Assembly: GCA_024687185.1 (NCBI GenBank)
Contig: JAILEX010000029.1
Span: forward strand, 1 to 51,414
DNA: 51,414 nt
Reading direction: 5' to 3'
Origin: Bacilli bacterium
Lineage (GTDB): Bacteria > Bacillota_I > Bacilli_A > RFN20 > CAG-826
The notes below the pieces were generated by a model. The model made no database searches. It worked only from the letters and a program-made list of their open reading frames with translations, and was not told the origin of the DNA. Made by a program: the position numbers and the translations under genes. This document shows, one piece after another, positions 9,693 through 21,916 of the stretch; the first letter of the stretch is position 1; each line of letters opens with the position of its first letter.

Positions 9693-10973
9693 TTACTTTT
9701 TGATGGGTTTGATAATCTCTAGACCACCCATGTATTTCCTTAGGACCTCAGGGATGACTAGGCAGCCATCCTCGGTCTGGCACTGCTCGACTAGGGCAGG
9801 GAAGATACGGGAAGTCGCTAGACCAGAACCGTTTAGGGTATGGGCGAACTGGATCTTGCCATTGGCGTCACGATACCTGATCATGCCGCGACGGGCTTGG
9901 TAATCCCTGGCGTTAGAGACGCTTGAGACTTCCTTGTAAATTCCCATGGAGGGGATCCAAACCTCGATATCGTAGGTGCGGGCCATAGAGTGGCTGCAAT
10001 CGCCGGCGGCAAGTTTGTCTAGCTGATAGGTTAGGCCAAGCCCTTCGACGAGCTTTTGGGCTTTCTTAACCATTTCCTCAAAGGCGGCATCGCTACCTTC
10101 GATGGTGGTGTATTGGACCATTTCGACCTTATTGAACTGATAGCCGCGGATCATGCCACGTTCTTCGCTACGGTAGCTGCCGGCTTCCTTACGGTAGCAG
10201 GGGGTATAGGCGAAGTATTTCTTAGGAAGGTCATTGACGTCCATGATCTCGTTGCGGTGGAGGTTGACTAACGCGGTCTCAGCGGTAGGAAGGATGAATT
10301 TCCTAGGCTCGGTGCCTTCTAGCCAGAAGACGTCTTCCTCGAATTTCGGGAATTGTCCGGCGGTGAAGCCGGAATCGTAGTTAAGAAGGTGGGGAGGAAG
10401 GATCATCTCATAGCCATCGCCCAGATGGGTTTCGATGAAGTAATTGAGCAAAGCCCATTCTAGCCTTGCGCCAAGGTTAGTGTAGATCCAGGTGCCGGTG
10501 CCAGAGATCTTAGCGGCCCTCTTATAGTCGATTAGACCTAGGGATTCGCAAAGGTCAACGTGGTTTTTGGGTTTGAATTTCATGGAAGAAGGATCGCCAA
10601 ACTTATAGATGGGGTGGTTATTTTCCTTTCCTCCTGCGACCAAATCGTCATCGGGGATATTGGGAAGGACCTCAAGCTGGGCCTTTAATTCGGATTCGAC
10701 CTTCTCTGGTTCCGCTTCCTCTTCCTTATTCTCGGCTGCCAAGGCTTTGACTTTGGCGAAAATGGCCTGGACGTCGCCGCCTTCTTTCTTGACCTGGGGA
10801 ACGGATTTGGACAAAGCGTTTTGCTCGGCCTTATTCGATTCGACCTTCTTTAGGAGTTCTAGCCTCTTGCCGGAGAGCTCGATGATGGGTTGGGGGTCAA
10901 ATTCCCATAGTTTCTTTGCCAAAGCGGCTTTTACGCCTTCTGGGTTTTCCAGAATCCTTTTGACATCAATCAT
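9693..10973 (-). CDS. serS: Serine--tRNA ligase
   Basis: N-terminal coiled coil; PTAE, CYRKEAG, QFNKVEM, EVSSVSN and HTLNGSGLA motifs. Confidence 0.97.
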   Translation of the reverse strand: MIDVKRILENPEGVKAALAKKLWEFDPQPIIELSGKRLELLKKVESNKAEQNALSKSVPQVKKEGGDVQAIFAKVKALAAENKEEEAEPEKVESELKAQLEVLPNIPDDDLVAGGKENNHPIYKFGDPSSMKFKPKNHVDLCESLGLIDYKRAAKISGTGTWIYTNLGARLEWALLNYFIETHLGDGYEMILPPHLLNYDSGFTAGQFPKFEEDVFWLEGTEPRKFILPTAETALVNLHRNEIMDVNDLPKKYFAYTPCYRKEAGSYRSEERGMIRGYQFNKVEMVQYTTIEGSDAAFEEMVKKAQKLVEGLGLTYQLDKLAAGDCSHSMARTYDIEVWIPSMGIYKEVSSVSNARDYQARRGMIRYRDANGKIQFAHTLNGSGLATSRIFPALVEQCQTEDGCLVIPEVLRKYMGGLEIIKPIKK

Positions 10974-12018
10974 GTTTTTTTCCTTCTTTCTTCTTAACGT
11001 TATCCTCTTCTTCCTTAGTGGGCGTAGGAGGCGATAACAATTTGTTATATTCCTTCAAAAGCAGTCTGCCACTTCTTAGCAACGTGCTTTTCGAGGCGAT
11101 GGCATAGGCGGAAACGGTGGTGTCTTCGCATCTGTTTTCCGCAACGGCGGGGATAAGGTCGATTAGATCTTTCTCCGTAGCCGCCATATGGGCGGTGACC
11201 CCATCGATTAGGAGGGGGTTTAGGGTTTGGTCAGCGAATCCGATGACCGGGGTTTTGGCGGCGAAGGCTTCCATGATGGTCATCCCGTTGGGAAGAGGAG
11301 AGAGGACCAAGTAGGCAGAAGCATGGAGCATGGCGCTACGGTAGATGTCGTCGCCGCTAATTTTGGAGAATTTTAGGTTGGGGGTGGCCCTAACTTTGTA
11401 GTGGCGGACGATGAATTCGTCGCCGGGATGGGTTTCTCCGAAGAAATAGAATCGGATTTTGGGCAAGGCCTTGGCCAAACCCCTGATGAGATCGATCTTC
11501 TTCCTTTCATAGAAGTTGCCCGTTATCATCACGAACTTCCTCTCCGGGGAGACCCCGTAATACCTTAGGAACAGCCTGCTCTCCAAATCGCTTAGGTTGA
11601 ATCTAGGGATGTTGACCGGGACGGGGAAGACGCTAACATTGGCACTTACCCCGTTTTCCTCAACGAGCTTCTTCGCTTGCTTAGAAGGGACAAGGACCAA
11701 ATCGGCCGCGTTCATGAGGGCTTTTGCCTTTTTCCTAAGGCCGATTTTGCCATAACGCCCAATTTTTAGATGGGCGCATTCGAGGTCTTCCTCGCAATAA
11801 AGTGCGCTGACGACGGTTTTGGTCCCGCCTTTTTTCGTTTTCTGAAGCAGGGGGAGGTCCTTTTCGGAGATAAAATGGGCGACTTCCACATGTTCGGACT
11901 TATCATCCACCCATGGGACGTCCTGGCTTTCGCATGCACCCTTGAGGGTTTTGCGAAGCCTCGCTCCCTCAAAGGTGTCATGTGGGTTTTTGGAATTGAA
12001 GTAGATAAGAACCTTCAT
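10966..12018 (-). CDS. GT-B (GT4-like) glycosyltransferase
   Basis: ADLVLVPS and GMTIMEAFAAKTPVI motifs typical of the GT4 fold. Confidence 0.7.
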   Translation of the reverse strand: MKVLIYFNSKNPHDTFEGARLRKTLKGACESQDVPWVDDKSEHVEVAHFISEKDLPLLQKTKKGGTKTVVSALYCEEDLECAHLKIGRYGKIGLRKKAKALMNAADLVLVPSKQAKKLVEENGVSANVSVFPVPVNIPRFNLSDLESRLFLRYYGVSPERKFVMITGNFYERKKIDLIRGLAKALPKIRFYFFGETHPGDEFIVRHYKVRATPNLKFSKISGDDIYRSAMLHASAYLVLSPLPNGMTIMEAFAAKTPVIGFADQTLNPLLIDGVTAHMAATEKDLIDLIPAVAENRCEDTTVSAYAIASKSTLLRSGRLLLKEYNKLLSPPTPTKEEEDNVKKKEGKKHD

Positions 12019-12031
12019 AGGCCCTTTCTCT

Positions 12032-14776
12032 TTAGTTCACCTCGTCGGGGGTGACGACTTCCTCGACTTCTTCGGTTTCGGCTTCGACGGCCTCTTCGTC
12101 CTCGACGAATTCGTCTTCTTCCGGATCGTCGCTATGGGGGATGATGGCGGTGGAGGCGACTTTGCTGCCGTCTTCAACGGAGATTACCTTGACGCCTTTG
12201 GCGACGCGACCGGTGAGCCTGACTTCGGATAAGGGGGTGCGGATAACGATGCCCTTTGTGGTGACGACCATTAGGTCTTCATCGCCATAGACGGCCCTGG
12301 CAACGACGAGTTTGCCGATGTTTTTGCCACCGACCTTCTCTTTGAGGTCGATGGTCATGACGCCTTTGGCGCCCCTCTTGGTGAGGCGATATCCATCATA
12401 ATGGCGGCCGTCTTCGGTATCGGTATCGGCGGCATAGGAGATCTTGCCGTAGCCCTTATCGGTCAAAACAAGGATCTTGTCGCCTTCGTTTTGGACGCAG
12501 ACGCCGACGATGAATTCGTCTTCCTCGATGTCCATACCGGTGACGCCGGCCGCGGTTCTGCCCATGGCGCGGACGTCTGTTTCATAGAAGGAGCAGAGTT
12601 TGCCATTGCTTGCGGCAAGGCTAACGATGTCGTTGCCTGTGGTGCGCTTGACATCGAATAGGTCGTCGCCTTCCTTTAGACCGACGGCGATTTTGCCGTT
12701 GGAGTGGATGGAAGCGAATTCCTTAAGGGAGGTACGCTTGACAACGCCTTTTTTGGAGATGAAGAAGAGGTAGTTGTCTTCTGGATAATCGTCGCAGGGG
12801 ACGATGGCCACGATCTTCTCATCCTTATCTAGGTTAAGGAAGTTCTGCGCGGGCATACCCTTTCCCGTGCGACCGGAATCGGGGATTTGATAGCCACGTA
12901 GACGGTAAACCTTACCTTCGGTGGAGAAGAAGAGGATATCGGTATGGGTGTGGGTGTGCTTGATGAGCCTGACGATGTCGTTGCCGACGGTCTTCATGCC
13001 AGTCACGCCAACCCCGCCGCGATGCTGCGTGGAGAAGGTATCGTCATCGACTCGCTTGATATAGCCGTTGCGGGTAAGGGCGATGATGATGTTCTTTTGC
13101 GGGATGAGGTCCTCGTTTTCGATATCGGCGGCATCGTCGGTGATTTCGGTGCGCCTTTTATCGGCATAACGCTCCTTGATCTCGGTGAGTTCCTTGACCA
13201 TGACGTCGATTTCGTTTTCACGGCTAGAAAGGATGCGGTTATATTCTTGGATGTTAGCTTCTAACTGGGCCTTTTCGGCGTTTAGCTTATCCTGTTCCAT
13301 GCCCTGCAAGCGGCGTAAGGTCATGGCCAAAATGGCCTGGCACTGCGTTTCGGTCAAACCAAAGCGGTCGTTTAGCCTACGGGTGGACTCTTCGTCGTTT
13401 TTGGAGTCGCGGATGATGTGGATGACCTCGTCGATGTTATCGTGGGCGAGGATCAAACCTTCGACGATATGGAGCCTATCGGTGTCCTTCTGGAGGAGGA
13501 ATTTGGTCCTTCTTTCGATGACATTGACCTGGAATTCGATGTAATCCTTTAGCAAAGGAACGATGCCTAGGGTCTTCGGGGCGCCATCTTCAAGGCAGAG
13601 GTTGATGATGCCGAAATTGCTTTGAAGCGCGGTGTGCTTAAGCAAATTGTTGACGACGACCTCGGGGATCATATCCTTCCTGACGTCGATTACGACGCGG
13701 ATTTCGCCTTTGGAGGATTCGTCGCGGATGCCGGTGATGCCGTCGATCACCTTGTCGCGGACGAGCTGGCCGATATTTTCGACAAGGGAGGATTTGTTCA
13801 CCTGGTATGGGATTTCCGTGACGACGATTTGGGCTTTGCCGTTATCGAGTTCGTCGATATGGTATTTGCTTCTGACGGTCACGGTGCCGGTACCGGTGGT
13901 ATAGGCGTCGAGGATTCCCTGACGGCCCAAAATGATGCCGCCACCCGGGAAATCGGGACCGAATAGGTAATTGGTCATAATCTCGGTCGGGGTGATTTCG
14001 GGGTTATGGGCAACGGCGATCGTGGCGTCGATTGCCTCGCCTAGGTTATGGGGCGCCATGTTGGTGGCCATACCGACGGCGATGCCCTGGCTTCCGTTAA
14101 CGATGAGGTCGGGGAAGCGGGAAGGCAAAACCTCGGGCTCGATTTCGGTGCCATCGTAGTTAGGAACGAAATTGACCGTATCCTTATCGATGTCACGCAC
14201 CATCTCGAGGGCAAGGCGGTTCATCCTGGCTTCGGTATAACGCATGGCGGCGGGTTTGTCGCCGTCGATGGAGCCGAAGTTGCCATGTCCGTCAACTAGG
14301 GTATAGCGCAAGGAAAAGGTCTGCGCCATACGGGCTAGGGTGTCATAGATCGCGCTATCGCCGTGGGGGTGGTATTTACCCATGACGTCACCGACGATAC
14401 GGGCGCTCTTCTTATGGGGTTTGTTGGGGGTGATGCCCGCCTCGTTCATGCCATAGATGATACGGCGCTGAACGGGTTTTAAACCGTCGCGGACATCGGG
14501 GATGGCACGGGAGACGATAACCGACATGGAGTAGTCAAGGAATGCCGTGCGGACTTCCTTGGCGACGTCCCTATCGATCAGTTCGGGGATGATGCCGCTT
14601 TTGGCGGCCTCTTCGCCAAACATCGCGTCGTCGCTTTGGGCGCCTTCCTTGCGTCCTTCCACGACCGTCACGCCTTTGCGGGAAGCGATTTCCGAGGAGG
14701 ATTCTTCTTCGGAGCCCTCTTCTACTTCGTCTTTTTCCTCTTCGTCGAGGATTTCTTTCTTTTCGTCATCAATCAT
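12032..14776 (-). CDS. gyrA: DNA gyrase subunit A
   Basis: [22 protein letters not shown] (catalytic Tyr), GyrA-box-like QHRGGVG, beta-pinwheel repeats; origin-proximal. Confidence 0.97.
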   Translation of the reverse strand: MIDDEKKEILDEEEKDEVEEGSEEESSSEIASRKGVTVVEGRKEGAQSDDAMFGEEAAKSGIIPELIDRDVAKEVRTAFLDYSMSVIVSRAIPDVRDGLKPVQRRIIYGMNEAGITPNKPHKKSARIVGDVMGKYHPHGDSAIYDTLARMAQTFSLRYTLVDGHGNFGSIDGDKPAAMRYTEARMNRLALEMVRDIDKDTVNFVPNYDGTEIEPEVLPSRFPDLIVNGSQGIAVGMATNMAPHNLGEAIDATIAVAHNPEITPTEIMTNYLFGPDFPGGGIILGRQGILDAYTTGTGTVTVRSKYHIDELDNGKAQIVVTEIPYQVNKSSLVENIGQLVRDKVIDGITGIRDESSKGEIRVVIDVRKDMIPEVVVNNLLKHTALQSNFGIINLCLEDGAPKTLGIVPLLKDYIEFQVNVIERRTKFLLQKDTDRLHIVEGLILAHDNIDEVIHIIRDSKNDEESTRRLNDRFGLTETQCQAILAMTLRRLQGMEQDKLNAEKAQLEANIQEYNRILSSRENEIDVMVKELTEIKERYADKRRTEITDDAADIENEDLIPQKNIIIALTRNGYIKRVDDDTFSTQHRGGVGVTGMKTVGNDIVRLIKHTHTHTDILFFSTEGKVYRLRGYQIPDSGRTGKGMPAQNFLNLDKDEKIVAIVPCDDYPEDNYLFFISKKGVVKRTSLKEFASIHSNGKIAVGLKEGDDLFDVKRTTGNDIVSLAASNGKLCSFYETDVRAMGRTAAGVTGMDIEEDEFIVGVCVQNEGDKILVLTDKGYGKISYAADTDTEDGRHYDGYRLTKRGAKGVMTIDLKEKVGGKNIGKLVVARAVYGDEDLMVVTTKGIVIRTPLSEVRLTGRVAKGVKVISVEDGSKVASTAIIPHSDDPEEDEFVEDEEAVEAETEEVEEVVTPDEVN

Positions 14777-14797
14777 TGAAATTGCCTCCTTTTCTCA

Positions 14798-16873
<2,076 letters not shown>

Positions 16874-17938
16874 TTACCTCCTTACGGCTACATTCCCCGA
16901 GACATCCACGAACGACGCATCGGAGATATTTAACTTTGTTGTCGTCACGAATACTTGGCCCAGTTCCCTTAATAGGGCAATCAGGCGTTCAACCCTACCT
17001 TCATCGAGCTCGCTGGTGACGTCATCGAGCACGCATATGGGCTTTTTGCCCTCCCCGCTTACGAGGAAGTAGGGCGCTAGTTTTGTCGCTAGGGCGCATA
17101 CCCTATTCTCGCCTTGCGACCCATAGTCGGCGAGATCCTTGCCCTTATAGACCATCTTTATGTCTTCCCTGTGTGGGCCATTTTGGGTGAAGCCCCTCCT
17201 AAGATCGCTTTCTAGCGCATCCTGGAAGAGTTTCTTGGTCGATGCGAGGAATGAATCGTCCGGCCTCGCAAACGGCTTGTAGATGAGCCGGCAATCCCCT
17301 TTCTCGCCCGTAAGCTTCTCGATGAGGGTCGGCAATACGCCGTTGATCGAGGAGACATACATCGACCGATACCTCACTAGCGGCAGGGCCACGGCCATCA
17401 TCTGCTCGGACATTACCTCGAGCAGGTTGCGGTCGGGGTTGCCGCCCTTTAGCAAGGCGTTCCTTCCTTTTAGCAGCTTTTCGTAGCGGTTATGGAGGAA
17501 GTAGTAGTCGAGGGTTTGCTTGGATAGGCTCGAATCGAGGAAGTTCCTCCTTTCGCTGGGGGAACCCGTGAACAGAGTCACATCCCTCGGGGTGAATAAG
17601 ACGATGTTTGTGAGCTTGCTTAGCTCCGACATCTTCGTGGCTTGCTTGCCGTTGATGGAGACCTTCTTGGAATCGGGTTTAATCTCGAACTCGATTCTTC
17701 TTTTCAGGATCCCCTCGGTTATATCGGCCTCGATATATGCCGCGTCCTTTCCATCCCTTATGAGCTTATCGGCATCGCTTCTCCAGCTTTTGGCGAAGGA
17801 GAGGTAATAGATGGCTTCGGCAAGATTGGTCTTGCCAGCGCCGTTTTCGCCTTCGATCACCGTCAGCCCCTTTTCGAAGCTTAGGTCCAATCGCTCATAC
17901 CCTCGGAAGTCCTTAAGGGCGATGCGGGTTAGGATCAT
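16874..17938 (-). CDS. recF: DNA replication and repair protein RecF
   Basis: GENGAGKT Walker A, GPHRED, GSQGE, VLDD; canonical position. Confidence 0.95.
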   Translation of the reverse strand: MILTRIALKDFRGYERLDLSFEKGLTVIEGENGAGKTNLAEAIYYLSFAKSWRSDADKLIRDGKDAAYIEADITEGILKRRIEFEIKPDSKKVSINGKQATKMSELSKLTNIVLFTPRDVTLFTGSPSERRNFLDSSLSKQTLDYYFLHNRYEKLLKGRNALLKGGNPDRNLLEVMSEQMMAVALPLVRYRSMYVSSINGVLPTLIEKLTGEKGDCRLIYKPFARPDDSFLASTKKLFQDALESDLRRGFTQNGPHREDIKMVYKGKDLADYGSQGENRVCALATKLAPYFLVSGEGKKPICVLDDVTSELDEGRVERLIALLRELGQVFVTTTKLNISDASFVDVSGNVAVRR

Positions 17939-18153
17939 CGAACCACTTTATAGGTGTTGCCGCCTATCTCCAGGGTTTCGCCGCCTCGAAGCTTCCTGCC
18001 CCTTCTGTTGTCTTGGACGCCGTCGATGATGACTTCGTTCTCGAGCAAGAAGATCTTGGAGTCGCTTCCGCGGTCAACGATGCCCGCGAACTTCAGAAGT
18101 TGCCCCAAAGTGATGTATTCGGTGCTGATTTTGATTTCCGTGGGTCGTTGCAT
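17935..18153 (-). CDS. yaaA: S4-domain RNA-binding protein YaaA
   Basis: EYITLGQLLK...RRGRKL; located between dnaN and recF. Confidence 0.92.
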   Translation of the reverse strand: MQRPTEIKISTEYITLGQLLKFAGIVDRGSDSKIFLLENEVIIDGVQDNRRGRKLRGGETLEIGGNTYKVVR

Positions 18154-18198
18154 ACTTAAATCCTTTTTTACCGCGAAAATAGTTTACTACATAGTAGT

Positions 18199-18230
18199 AA
18201 AAAACGCTAGGTTTTTTCTAGCGTTTTTTT
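18199..18230. terminator. Bidirectional terminator-like hairpin downstream of dnaN
   Basis: AAAAAACGCTAG-gtttttt-CTAGCGTTTTTT. Confidence 0.7.
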
Positions 18231-18268
18231 GGGGTCTTTCGGTGAAACTTTAAGCGGGGTTTAAAGGC

Positions 18269-19393
18269 TTAATAATTCCTCATTGGCGTGATTAATTCGA
18301 TGGCGGATTCATCTTTGGGTGACTTCACCACAAACGGCCTTCTTTCGGCCTGGAAACAGATGACCACATCCTCGGCCTTCAAGACGCGGATCGCCTCGAT
18401 GACGAAACGGGAGTTGAAGCTGATCGATAGGGGCTCGCCTTCATATTGGAAGGTGAGGATAGGTTCGTTGCCCGATCCGTTGCGGTCGCTTTTCACACTG
18501 ACCTCGACGTTTTCCTCGCTCATCGAGAGCTTGACGACGCTTTCCCTATCCATGGAAAGGATGGAAATACGGCTCATGGCTTCAAGAAGTTCGTTGGAAT
18601 TGACCTGCAATTGGTAATTGAAGGCATAGGGGATAGCGGATTCGGAGACAACGTAATCGCCGGGGATAAGCCTTGCGGAAACGACGTTGCCATCGAATAG
18701 GAATAGGGCCTTGTTGCTAGAAACGAACATCTGGACCTTGTCGCATCCCTCAATCATTTTGGAGACGTCGACCATCGATTTGGCGGGGATGTTGGTGGAG
18801 AAGCGGACGTCGCTATCGATGTTGATGGCTTTGCGGGCCAAACGGGCAGAATCGGTCGTGGTGGCCTTTAAAACGCCATCCTGGGCACGTAGGTTGATCG
18901 CCGTCATAACGGGGCGCTGTTCCTTTGTAGAAGCCGCGTAAGCCGTTTGGGAGACGAGTTCGATTAAATCCTCGGCAGGTAGTTCCAATTCGATTCCATT
19001 GGGCTCTAAATCGATATCGGAGTATTCCTCCGCCCTTGCGCAGTTGGTCAACTTGATACTGGTATGGCCGTCGCTGATATTCGCGATCGCGTTATCGATA
19101 ATATCTAAATTAATGGTCGTGCCCCCGAGTCCGCGTATTAGATTGGTGAGGATGTTGGCTTCGATTAGGATGGAGCCAGGGACTGCGTTGGAGATTATCG
19201 TTTTTCCGTTTTTGGAATATGGGACAAAGCTACGGACGGTGATCTCGCTATTGGAACCGGTGACTTCCAATCCCCTTTCGTTTAGGTCGAGTTTGAAGCT
19301 CGATAGAACGGGGATTGGGTTTTTCGGAGCAATGGCATGGCCAGAGTTCGTTAACGCTTTTAGGAAATATTCTCTTTCGATGGTAAGACGCAT
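18269..19393 (-). CDS. dnaN: DNA polymerase III beta sliding clamp
   Basis: RPVMTAI, TTDSARLA, SFNSRF, C-terminal LITPMR; immediately downstream of dnaA. Confidence 0.95.
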   Translation of the reverse strand: MRLTIEREYFLKALTNSGHAIAPKNPIPVLSSFKLDLNERGLEVTGSNSEITVRSFVPYSKNGKTIISNAVPGSILIEANILTNLIRGLGGTTINLDIIDNAIANISDGHTSIKLTNCARAEEYSDIDLEPNGIELELPAEDLIELVSQTAYAASTKEQRPVMTAINLRAQDGVLKATTTDSARLARKAINIDSDVRFSTNIPAKSMVDVSKMIEGCDKVQMFVSSNKALFLFDGNVVSARLIPGDYVVSESAIPYAFNYQLQVNSNELLEAMSRISILSMDRESVVKLSMSEENVEVSVKSDRNGSGNEPILTFQYEGEPLSISFNSRFVIEAIRVLKAEDVVICFQAERRPFVVKSPKDESAIELITPMRNY

Positions 19394-19399
19394 GTTTTT

Positions 19400-19473
19400 T
19401 ACCTCATTTTATCTATTCAAATTAATTTAGATTATTTAGTTACAATAATAAGGGCTGTGGATATTGTGGATAA
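19400..19473. other. oriC unwinding region between dnaA and dnaN
   Basis: Tandem DnaA boxes TGTGGATAT (19456-19464) and TGTGGATAA (19465-19473). On the - strand these are followed by a GCCC spacer, TAT-TAT trio-like triplets and an AT-rich tract. Confidence 0.8.
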
Positions 19474-19546
19474 CTCGAATTCCGCTTGCCTAGAAATTGT
19501 ACCATTTAACGGAATATTGAGAAACCTTTTATTTAATAAATAAACT

Positions 19547-20908
19547 CTATTTCACAAGTTTGTTTTTCAACTCTTGCAGAGCTATCCCCATATCGGGGTT
19601 TTCTTTCAACTCTTTTTCCACTTTCGCGATGCCGTTAAGCACAGTCGAGTGGTCCCTTCCGCCGAAGGTCTGGCCGATTTTGATGAGCGGGGTCTTCAGT
19701 AGTTCCCTATCAAGATACATTGCAATATGACGGGCGAGGGCGACCCTGGCGGTACGGATCTTGCCGGTGAGCTGAGATGGGGTGAGAGAATAGTAATTGG
19801 CAACGGTAACGATGATTTTGTTTTCCGTCAATTCATCCTTGTCGTCCTGAGCCTCCAGCAAAGGCTTGATCGCTTCGGTCGCAAAGCCCATGGAGATGTG
19901 CTTGGTGGGCCTAATCGTTACGGAGTAGAAGATAAGCCTTAGCAAGGCTCCTTCGAGTTCCCTGACGTTTTTGCTGAACTTGGTGGCCAAGTATTCAATA
20001 ACCTCGTCATCGAAGTCATCAGGATTCAAATTTTGCTGCAAAATCTTAACCTTTAAAATCTTTTTGCTTGTTTCCACGTCGGGTGGATTGATGTTCAGAA
20101 CAAGTCCTTTGGAGAACCTCGACTTCAACCTTTCGTCAAAGCCGTCTAGGTTTGCCGGAGGTTGGTCTGAGGTGATGACGATTTGCTTTCCAGCATCGAT
20201 GAGATTTTGGAAAATCACAAAGAACATTTCCATGGTCTTTGCCTTATTCTTCAAAAGTTGAATATCGTCAATCAAAAGAATGTCGACATCGTTTTTGAAG
20301 TAGTCCACCAAAGACTTGTCTTCCTTATAGCCGGTGGCGAATTTGACGTATTCGTCGATGAAGCCAGACGCCGAAGTGTAGAGGACCTTGGTGCTTGGTG
20401 AGGCCTCTTTGGCCGCGTTGCCGATAGCTTGGATCAAATGGGTTTTGCCTAACCCTGGGCCAGAATAGAGCATCAAGGGGTTATAAAGCTGACCGGGTGT
20501 CGAAGAGATCATCAAAGATGCCTGATAGGCCTCGAGGTTGCAGGTGCCAACGACGAATTTGTCGAAGGAGAACTGTTTGTCTAGTTTTGAGTCTTTGAAG
20601 TACTGGGGAGCTTTTTCCGCCTTTTCCGCTTCCTGGATCTTTTCCACAGAGCTTCCATCAACGAAGGAAGCATGCAGATCGGTTCCGGTGACTTTAAGCA
20701 AAATATCATCGATGGTTTCGGAATACTTTTGGGAAATAAGCACCGCCGCCGTGGTTGTGGAAACGCCGACCGTGATGGTCTTTTCCTTGATGCTTAGGGC
20801 CTTGGTATCCGCGAAGAAGCTATCATAGAACCTCTCGTGAACCTGTTTTTTGATTTCTTTCAGCACATTTTCCCAGATGAGGGTGATTTCGGTGATCGTT
20901 GCAGACAT
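19547..20908 (-). CDS. dnaA: Chromosomal replication initiator DnaA
   Basis: YNPL, GPGLGKTHL, LIDDIQ, NVRELEGAL and GGRDHSTV motifs. Confidence 0.98.
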   Translation of the reverse strand: MSATITEITLIWENVLKEIKKQVHERFYDSFFADTKALSIKEKTITVGVSTTTAAVLISQKYSETIDDILLKVTGTDLHASFVDGSSVEKIQEAEKAEKAPQYFKDSKLDKQFSFDKFVVGTCNLEAYQASLMISSTPGQLYNPLMLYSGPGLGKTHLIQAIGNAAKEASPSTKVLYTSASGFIDEYVKFATGYKEDKSLVDYFKNDVDILLIDDIQLLKNKAKTMEMFFVIFQNLIDAGKQIVITSDQPPANLDGFDERLKSRFSKGLVLNINPPDVETSKKILKVKILQQNLNPDDFDDEVIEYLATKFSKNVRELEGALLRLIFYSVTIRPTKHISMGFATEAIKPLLEAQDDKDELTENKIIVTVANYYSLTPSQLTGKIRTARVALARHIAMYLDRELLKTPLIKIGQTFGGRDHSTVLNGIAKVEKELKENPDMGIALQELKNKLVK

Positions 20909-20929
20909 AAGTTTTCTCCGAACAAATTA

Positions 20930-21240
20930 AAACATTTCCACAATAGAAATGCATTAAAAATGTAAAGAAATTAAACTTTCCACAAAAATGGTATCGAAAA
21001 CAGTCAAAAACCACTTTTTCACACCATTGAAATTGTGGATAACTACCCTTTTCTTTGAAAGCGGTTAAATTATTGTGGATAATTTTATAAATAAAACCAT
21101 TTTGTTGAAAAATATCAGGGCTAAAAAAGGGAATAACTCGGACCTATGGATGGTTTTCCACTTTGTCCACAAACAGGTTTACCAACATGGCAAATCGAGG
21201 CTTTCAAACCCGTGTTGAAAAGCTTTTTATCCGCTTTGGA
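20930..21240. promoter_or_regulatory. DnaA-box cluster upstream of dnaA (oriC left part / dnaA autoregulation)
   Basis: Perfect TGTGGATAA at 21034-21042 and 21074-21082, plus several near matches (TTTCCACA, TTGTCCACA, TGTTGAAAA); AT-rich; gene strand switches here. Confidence 0.85.
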
Positions 21241-21359
21241 TATGTTGAAACTTTGTTTTGTCATTCTATTTCTCGGGCTGGAGGGATCGAAGTCAAAACG
21301 GCTGCGTAAATTGGGCTTTCAAGTCCGTTTTTCACGCTTTAATCGCGATATTTTTGTGG

Positions 21360-21388
21360 TTGTCCGACTCCAAGCGCGCACGTATAAT
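21360..21388 (+). promoter_or_regulatory. Sigma-A promoter of the rpmH operon
   Basis: TTGTCC-17 nt-TATAAT. Confidence 0.7.
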
Positions 21389-21415
21389 AGACACCGCACC
21401 GAAAGGAGACCAACC

Positions 21416-21553
21416 ATGGGAAAGAAAACTTACCAACCCTCAAAGATCAAACATGCTCATAAGGCCGGATTCCGCGCCCGCATGGCCACCCACTGTGGCA
21501 GGAAGGTTTTGGCACGCCGCCGCGCCAAAGGCCGCGCAAGGCTCGCCGCCTAA
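21416..21553 (+). CDS. rpmH: 50S ribosomal protein L34
   Basis: [25 protein letters not shown]...RRRAKGR; RBS AAGGAG. True start is 21416, not 21146. Confidence 0.96.
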   Translation: MGKKTYQPSKIKHAHKAGFRARMATHCGRKVLARRRAKGRARLAA

Positions 21554-21571
21554 TCCCCTTTTGACTCACCC

Positions 21572-21916
21572 ATGAAAAGAGAATACCGGGTTAGAAAACA
21601 CAGCGATTTCGACCGTATTATTCAGGGTGGGAGAAAAATCAAATCCTCGCACTTCAACCTTTACTTTCTTCCCGCGACGGGCAACGAAACTCACGGCTAT
21701 ATCGGTATAGCTATCTCCAAAGCCAACGGGAACGCCGTAACTAGAGTAAGGGAGAAACGTCAGGTACGGGCCATTTTAGCCAAGTCCGGTTTCGAGAAGG
21801 AAAAGGTCTACCTCATTGTCGTGATCCGTCCTAGCTATGACCCTGGGACGTATCACGAAAACGAGTCAGAATTGCTAGAAAAGCTAGAATTGATTAAAAA
21901 GGACTACCTAAATTGA
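21572..21916 (+). CDS. rnpA: Ribonuclease P protein component
   Basis: YRVRKHSDF, GIAISK, NAVTRVREKRQVR (RNR-like motif); follows rpmH. Confidence 0.92.
   Translation: MKREYRVRKHSDFDRIIQGGRKIKSSHFNLYFLPATGNETHGYIGIAISKANGNAVTRVREKRQVRAILAKSGFEKEKVYLIVVIRPSYDPGTYHENESELLEKLELIKKDYLN

Noticed and set aside
21146-21415. 135-aa N-terminally extended L34 from the ORF track
   Set aside because: The extension crosses DnaA boxes and the promoter; the RBS and homology start at 21416.
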